A stretch of 60,377 bases of DNA, counting the filler, from Sluysia triapertura (taxonomy: Eukaryota): assembly GCA_046118255.1 (NCBI GenBank). It is 4 parts of 4 records of this genome, joined end to end, with 100 filler letters (N's around TTAATTAATTAA, not from the genome) between each part and the next. Parts side by side here need not be neighbours in the genome. Positions count along the whole stretch, not along the records: positions 46,342 to 60,377 come from JBJNIA010008656.1; 3 more parts are not named here. One strand, given 5' to 3'. How positions within the stretch are numbered: the first letter of the stretch is position 1; the number at the start of each line of letters is the position of its first letter. Made by a program: the position numbers and the translations under genes. Positions 53,446-60,377 of this stretch are shown one piece after another. The notes under the pieces were generated by a model. It saw nothing but the letters and a program-made list of their open reading frames with translations, made no database searches and had not been told where the DNA came from.

Positions 53446-55659
53446 TTAATATAAGCGAAACAGTATATCATCTACACAAAAAGAAATAACTTATCGATTA
53501 AGTTATCTTAATTTTTAAATATTTTTAAAAATTTTAAATATTTAAAAATATAAATTTAAATATATTTTAATAGAAAATAGACATCATAAAGCAATAATGT
53601 CGAACCTTAAAAAATATTTGTAGTTTAACAAAAATGCTTTCAATACACTTCAATAAATGTAGCTTTTAAATCTTGAAAACTGAATACAAACTATCTATTT
53701 TCTAACTGCGGATCCCAATATGAACAGAATATATACGTTAAAATATTTTTGAGAAGAGTCTGACTACAATATACGACTTATGACGAGAAGTGGACGTATA
53801 TGTAACTAAAATTGACAATAATCAATATAAAATCACTTAATTTCTTAAACTTCTACAATTTCTCTGTGTATGTTGATTAGATGGTCCGTTTTTTTAAATT
53901 TTAATCACCTTACTTTGTCAAATTGTTAAAAAACGTTTTATGCTAAGACTGGCAGTGTTATGCCTTCCATGGGAACAATTGATAGAAGTTCCTCTGAAAT
54001 TTGAAAATCTTCCGTAATAGTCCTAATGAAAATTAACGACTAAGCTGTATCTTTTAAATCACAACTTTCGTCCAGAGTTGTGATTTTAAATTATCAAACG
54101 TAATTCAAACTTAAAATTATAATATAATCAAAATAGAACTTATCATTCATGTTTCAAAATTAATTAACATTAAAACTTTAGATGAAAATGTAACTTAAAC
54201 TTTGGGGAGTGTCTACTCAAAACTTTGTGAAAAATAATAACTTAATGAAAATACAATAAACTTATAAATTTTCTTATATCAAAATGGTACGTGTCTGATC
54301 ATGTAATCTACTAAATATTACGTTATCTACATTATACACTGGAATTAACCTAATATAGTTCAATCGAGTAACTGTTGACTGTATGTGTGTTAATGACAGA
54401 TAAAATATGTGTGAGGAGCCTGCTGATTGGGTACTCAATCAAAGTGTAACATCATAACTGAATTTGATTGAGTGCCCAATCACAAGAGTAATACTAGTAT
54501 GCTGGTTCACAATGCATACTTGTCACCATTAAGCTTATAAACTAACAAAGATGGTAATTAAAAATTGTGACAGGTAGATATAATTTAGTTAAATAAATAG
54601 TTACCATGTCATATGGTTAATTGTTGGTATTGATAGTTATAATAGCAAAAATAATTAAGATTAAATAAGACCAAAATAAAATAATGATAATAATAAATTA
54701 ACTGAAACTTAAATTCCTTTCTTTATGCTCAAAACATGATCTTTCTATTTATTTTATATTTCTTTCTTTAAATATATTTGAAATCCTTGAAATTATATTT
54801 ATAAAAAATTTTGATTCAAATGTTAGGAACTGATTGATACTAAAATATTTAAGAGATGTTACTTTGATTATGTCAAAAAATGGTTTCGAAGTGTTAATTT
54901 AATGTTTTCAATAATATTAATGATTGAATGGTGAGGATTATGAATTTGAGATATTTTAAATAAACTTTGAATTTTAAATTGATGGTTTTAAATGTAATTG
55001 TACTTCTGACGTTCTGAATTATGGGTTGAAATGTTTTAAATAAAATTTAATGTACGTTAATGATCTGAAAGTGAATGTAATTTTAATGTTATAAAGTATG
55101 AAATAAAAATGTTTGAGAAATTTGTAATAAGGTTTTTTAGAAGTAAAGGAGATTTAGATGTAAGAGTATTTAAAATGATATTAGATTTTATGTTTGACGA
55201 TATTAAGCGTTGTGAAGAATGATTTCGTTATGTCAAGAAAAAAATAAAATTGTTAAAGTAATAGGTTGGACACCACATGCATAACATTAGCACAATTTAA
55301 TGTAAGTTTTTTATTCTCAAATTTCTTTAAACAAGAATTAATTTAACATGAAATTTAATTGTTTCCATTTCATATCACCATAAATTACTTATCTGACTAA
55401 GTACAATTTTCAAGTTATTAGTAATCGGTCATTGAAATTGGAATTTAAAATTGCGAAATTATTTATAAAGTATTATTTAGTTTAACGTGTGATTTTAACT
55501 CAGAAGTTACTTTTGAGTTTTCTACTAAAATATTGTTATGAATTTAAGTCAGATTTTAAGACCGTGCAAAACAAGGTCGAAAACTTAACAGTAAAAGCTT
55601 ACTTAATATACTAAAATCGCTGATCGAAAATAGTCTGCCGATTTCCAAAATCACTTGTT

Positions 55660-55800
55660 CCAAACCAAATAAAGTCGAAACCAAATAAAATCGAACCGAA
55701 TAAAACCGAACCGAATAAAACCAAATAATTGAAAACCAAATAATCGAAAACCGAATAATTGAAAACCAGATAGTTGAAAACCAAATAATTGAAAACCAAC
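55660..55800. repeat. 14-15-bp minisatellite (aaaacc(g/a)aataat(t/c)g)n
   Basis: About 9 degenerate units seen directly. Confidence 0.9.
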
Positions 55801-55950
55801 TATACTTCTAAAATTATTCTCTTGTCGTCTTTTATAACTTTCAGATTTGGCTTATTACTCTGTCTCTATATAAATTGTCGCAAATTAACTTTTTACTCTG
55901 TCTTTAATTGTTACGCTAGGTCTTTTTATACCTTTTTTCTTTTGTAGATC

Positions 55951-56126
55951 AATTATTTACAATCAATATTAATATTGTTTATAATCCGTTTTCCGTTTTA
56001 AATATTATAAATTATTATTTACAATTAATATTGTTTATAATCCGTTTTCCGTTTTAAATATTATAAATTATTATTTACAATCAATATTAATATTGTTTAT
56101 AATCCGTTTTCCGTTTTAAATATTAA
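55951..56126. repeat. Three tandem copies of a ~60-bp unit
   Basis: aatattgtttataatccgttttccgttttaaatatta occurs three times. Confidence 0.9.
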
Positions 56127-57343
56127 TTTATTCGTTACGATAGATAAATATAATACTTTGTTTTATTCCAATATCCTTTTGTAATTATTTGTTTATAAAA
56201 TTTGAAAAAATGAATAATTTTTATAAACTAATTTTAATTGTGTACTAATTAAATTTGAAACTAAGCTAAATTTTATTAATTTTTTAAAATTAAAATTTTC
56301 TTTTTTATAAAACTAATATTATTTTTATACAAATATTATTGAAATTATTTACAAATTTACTAACACATATTGACACATATTTACATAATAATAGTAGTCA
56401 ATATTTTCACCTGAGTAATTATTTTGGAGTAAGAATGGGCCTTAAGCTCATTTTATAATGTCGCTTTTGATGACACTATTCTAAGAAATAGAACGGTTCT
56501 TAAGCCCATATTTTATATTACTATTTTTGAAGACGTAATTTAAAAAAGTAGAATAATTATGCAATTTAAACGTCTAAAGTTATTTAGGCCATCACAAAGA
56601 ACTCAGAATCGTTAGAAAAAAAATAAAAGAATAGATCTTAAGTAACAATCAATTTAAAAAATTTGTAATACAGTAATAACATAGAAGTTTCGTAAAAACA
56701 TTAACAGATAATTTATCAATTTAATAATTTTCTAAATATCACAAAGATACGTCGTGGTTCCACCAGCTTAAATGGTAAACCGTAGGTGAATTCTATGTTC
56801 ATTTTGTAAGTTTAAGTAAAAGATATTAAAAAAACTTGCAGTAGCATTAGCTATTTTGACAATATTTTTCTCGACATACTGGCGTGAGTCTGTATTTACA
56901 ATAAATTTTATTAAATCGACTCAGAAGAAAATATTTCTGTAGTGAGTCATAACTCTAAAGGATACATTTGCAAACAATAACGCGCTTTAAACATAAACAT
57001 TAAATTATTACATTTTTCCACCCGTATACACTCATATTACAATAATCTCTTACTGAATTTGCATACATCATATTTCAATAAAAGAAAACTAATTTCTGCA
57101 AAACTTATTGATATTCTCGTACCATTATAATTCTATTCTAAAATATTCATACCCAATCTTATTATAACTTCTTCTCTGCTGACGAATTAAGTGGGACCAC
57201 AAACTTTGTATGTTAACAATTTATCAAACGGCTTCAAGTAACTTAGTAAAATTTAATGAAAGTTTTGTAATAATAATAATAATGTTGGGGTAAAAGGCCT
57301 AAAAAGTGCCAAGTAGTAAAATTGAATATATTGAAAATGAAAT

Positions 57344-57441
57344 TGTTAGACGGGTCTGATAGCTCAGTGGTAGAGCAGTCGAACTGCGCAGCGATGGTCC
57401 CGGGTTCGATCCCCGGTTAGTCCATTTTACGAAGTCTAACA
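57344..57441 (+). mobile_element. Full-length 98-bp tRNA-containing element with perfect 8-bp terminal inverted repeats
   Basis: TGTTAGAC-GGGTCTGATAGCTCAGTGGTAGAGC-AGTCGAACTGCGCAGCGATGGTC-CCGGGTTCGATCCCCGG-TTAGTCCA-TTTT-ACGAA-GTCTAACA. D and T arms resemble tRNA-Ala; the anticodon arm is non-canonical. Confidence 0.88.
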
Positions 57442-57471
57442 ATATTAATACATGTTTTTTAATCACTGAAA

Positions 57472-57512
57472 TGTGCAGTGAGAGGTCCCGAGTTCAATCC
57501 TCGGTCAGTCAA
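57472..57512 (+). mobile_element. Partial second copy of the tRNA-like core
   Basis: tgtgcagtgagaggtcccgagttcaatcctcggtcagtc. Confidence 0.65.
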
Positions 57513-57874
57513 TATACACTCATAATTTTAATCAAAGTAAAAGTTTAATCAAATAAAACAAACATCGTTATAACTATGAAGTCGAATCTGTTAAAATATT
57601 TTTATTTATGATAAGCAAAATTTAGTAATATTTGAACATTTTTCTATAACTTGCACTGTACTATTCGAATACTAACCAAACGCTTTAATACGGTTTTCAT
57701 ATAAATCATGATGATAAACAATTGGTTGACTGTTCCAATCGATTACTATCAAATATAATCGTCAAGATATCAAGGTTACACAAACTTCAGAATGATAAAG
57801 CTTACCAAAATGAAACTTCGGCACTTACACCTTCTTCAATAATGCAATAGACTCGATAATCGCCATTTTTAGTA

Positions 57875-58090
57875 TGTTAGGTTGTCATCACAACCCTATA
57901 AAATAATTTAAAATATCATAACACTTTAAAATTATTTAAAATCGTTAAAAATTCAATTAAAATCATTTAAAAATCTTATTTTCGAAAAAAGAAAATTCGT
58001 TTCTAAACATAGAACATTCCATCGATTTTCAATGGTTGATGATTAGTACATAAACTAGCATGAATTTAATGAGAATCGCCATTTTGTAAA
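57875..58090 (+). mobile_element. LTR-like dispersed repeat
   Basis: TGTTAGGTTGTCATCACAACCCTAT... colinear with 2231-2515. Confidence 0.55.
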
Positions 58091-58220
58091 CCCACTGTGG
58101 GAGGGCTTTTTATTTTTTATAATTAGTAAATTAAAAGTTATATGATAAGTTATCAAAATTTTATCATTTGAGCATTTATTTAAAACATTTAAATTCAGAT
58201 AAAATATTAGTTTATATAGT

Positions 58221-58305
58221 TACAGAAACGCCCTTTTCACGACACAAGGCGTGTACTGTAACCAACCCTGCTCAAAAAAACATTTTGCCGTAGGTTAAGT
58301 GTTGG
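58221..58305 (+). repeat. Copy of the dispersed TIR-like repeat
   Basis: TA-CAGAAACGCCC...actgtaaccaaccctgctcaaaaaaacattttgccgtaggtta. Confidence 0.55.
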
Positions 58306-58984
58306 AAAGTAACAAGTATAAGCCAATCTAGTTGTACAATTCAAACTTGACCTAATCATAATGAACTGGTTCCACCATCCACAAAATTTAATTGAAGCCT
58401 TGAAGACAATATAAATCTTATGCAAGTTTAAGTAAATTCTTCAGTTTCTTAAAGGCCAGTTTCTAACCGAGCTGTATAAAACAAATTTATCATTGTTATG
58501 ATTCCTAGAATCATTAACTTGTTTCATCAAATAATATTCGCATCGATGCACATGGTATTGGATGTATTGATTTTGATTCATTGGTTGCGTTAGTATTATT
58601 AATTCTTATTCTGTTTACAACATTCCGTAATTTTCTATTGATTAATAAACAAGATTCAATGCTTGTATAGATTATATCTTAAAATAAAATTTTCTTTTAA
58701 TAAAGATTAAGCACAATATTGGCTTAAAATTGAAACAAAAAGCTTTTGATTATAAAAAAAATAACAAAAAAGATAATGAAAATAATAAACAATTGTATTA
58801 AAGTAATAAAAATAATAATAAAAATTAATAATAATCAAAATTTTAAATTCAGACTGGGTTAGTATCTTGAGGTGGTAGATGTTATGAAGATTGTGTAAGG
58901 ATGTGAAAATGTAATAATTAATGATTTGATGTATATTGTTGATGTTATGAGTTTGTTTGCGAACGTATTATTGTTTATGAATTC

Positions 58985-59280
58985 ATGTTTTAGGGTTTTG
59001 ACTCAACAAAAACTTTGAGTTTGGAAAAGGACTGACAATGAACAAATTTATTGTTTTGAATAATTTTGTTTTATTTTTACGAGTGTTATATAAGAAAGTT
59101 TTTCCAATATATATGGATATTTTTGCTGCACATAAGTACAGGTTTGGTCTTATGTGCTGATGATGTAGAAGTGCGATTAAGTAACGCACAACGTTTACAG
59201 TAGTGCCTTATACAACTTATGAAACCAAAGAAGCATATCTTAAGTGAATCAAAATAAATGATCGAATGCGAAATAGACAT
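58985..59280 (-). mobile_element. Possible decayed gypsy/Ginger integrase remnant
   Basis: Overlapping broken frames IRHYCKRCAL (cf. integrase Zn-finger V..Y.K.C..C) followed by ISIYIG...RKNK...INLF...PFPN (cf. start of the catalytic core). Confidence 0.3.
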
Positions 59281-59717
59281 TGAGTGAAATCTTAACTACT
59301 TTTACGAAAGAATTTTTATCGTGTTTAACAGAATGATGTTGCTCCATCAGATAACCTTGCGGCACCTTTAAGTGCATAAAGAAATAAAGTAGTAGTATCT
59401 CCGGTACTAAGGTACAATTAATATAAAAATGTCTGCCTTTTGCGACGTAACCGTAATTAGTAGCATAATATTAAAAACTTATTAATAAAGGAATTTTTAA
59501 TACAATATAACACTAAGTGACTAATAAGTACGTAAGAAAGTTACATAGATTCGTAGTCTTGATTTTGTACTACAATTACTATTAATATTGACAGTTAAAA
59601 CTCTCTCTCATTCTACAATATATTCTTTATACGACTTTCAAATTGGATCCTTTAATTTATATCAATTCACTGAAAAGTTGTAAAGAAGATAATAAGAATA
59701 GTAATAACCTAATAATA

Positions 59718-59719
59718 AC

Positions 59720-59766
<47 letters not shown>
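59718..59766. repeat. (AAT)n microsatellite
   Basis: Seen directly. Confidence 0.95.
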
Positions 59767-59768
<2 letters not shown>

Positions 59769-60029
59769 TCGTATGAAACTTTTGTGGTGTTGTGATAGTT
59801 TTTAAATTTTTATACTTATATTATTTATACTTTAAGTTATATTCTTGTATTTCAAATTGTATTTTAGGTAAGCTATCATAATAATTCATGAAATAGTTAT
59901 TTTTATATATAAAAAGCTTTTGACTTTATAAAATTTATTATAAATTTTATTGATATGGTGTAAAATATAATGATAGAATATTTTCAGTATACCTTTTAAT
60001 CTTATATAATTTTTATAATTAAACTTCAG

Positions 60030-60207
60030 TTACGTGAAATTAGGAAAATGTAACACCGAATTACCGTCAATAAGCAATGTGCATCCATTTAATATATATG
60101 ATTTATCAGGAATTTTCATTTTGATTTCAATCGGTGTGGTTTTGTCATTCCCAATTGCACTTATCGAATTTGGAATTAAAAGAGCTAAACTTTCTCATCA
60201 AAAGACT
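60030..60207 (+). CDS. Ionotropic glutamate receptor family exon (end of S2 plus M4 helix)
   Basis: cttcAG acceptor, ACT|GTATGT donor; GKC...PFNIYDLSGIFILISIGVVLSFPIALIEF matches the iGluR C...L....GvF..L..G..l...iAliEF signature. Confidence 0.8.
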
Positions 60208-60377
60208 GTATGTATATATTTAGTATTTAATATATTGTAAATACGTATTTGAAATTAAAAATATAGCTCAAATTAATTGTACAATTTGTAATTTATTTAA
60301 ATTTAATTATACAAAATAAAAATAACCAATTGTTAATCAATCTAAGAAACTAAAATTTAAAGGTTTATATATATATA

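Noticed and set aside
55660-56126. CRISPR-like regular repeats
   Set aside because: Tandem units without unique spacers, no cas genes, and a eukaryotic context. The VFNYL-repeat ORF at 55611-55799 is a by-product.
57352-57424. Functional tRNA gene call
   Set aside because: The anticodon stem does not form a canonical 5-bp/7-nt arm, and the unit is dispersed with fixed inverted termini, so it is treated as a mobile element.

Overview
Very AT-rich eukaryotic (animal) genomic scaffold with spliceosomal introns, many microsatellites and three 100-bp assembly gaps carrying a TTAATTAATTAA linker. Several introns are only 31-35 nt; with the gene content this suggests a flatworm-like spiralian (inference only). 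Supported genes: a GCC2/GCC185-like golgin (-) head-to-head with ANKRD40 (+); NAA25/MDM20 (-, six exons traced, C-terminus missing) head-to-head with a DUF1330-like gene (+); an intronless rhodopsin-class GPCR (-); a C2-type Ig-domain exon (-); and an ionotropic glutamate receptor M4 exon (+). The rest is mostly small DNA-transposon derivatives (Tc2/pogo, piggyBac, hAT, Tc1), LTR-like fragments and decayed ORFs. Most interesting: (1) a 98-bp dispersed element in which a tRNA-like Pol III unit sits between TGTTAGA(C)...(G)TCTAACA termini (2 full and 4 partial copies), possibly a tRNA-bearing mini-LTR or Ginger-type MITE rather than a SINE; (2) the intact GPCR lies between inverted copies of a TIR-like repeat (possible Pack-type capture); (3) an orphan Mab-21/cGAS-like (SYHLK) exon bracketed by short inverted repeats; (4) a ~1.5-kb foldback palindrome. 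Family assignments come from recalled motifs, not database searches.
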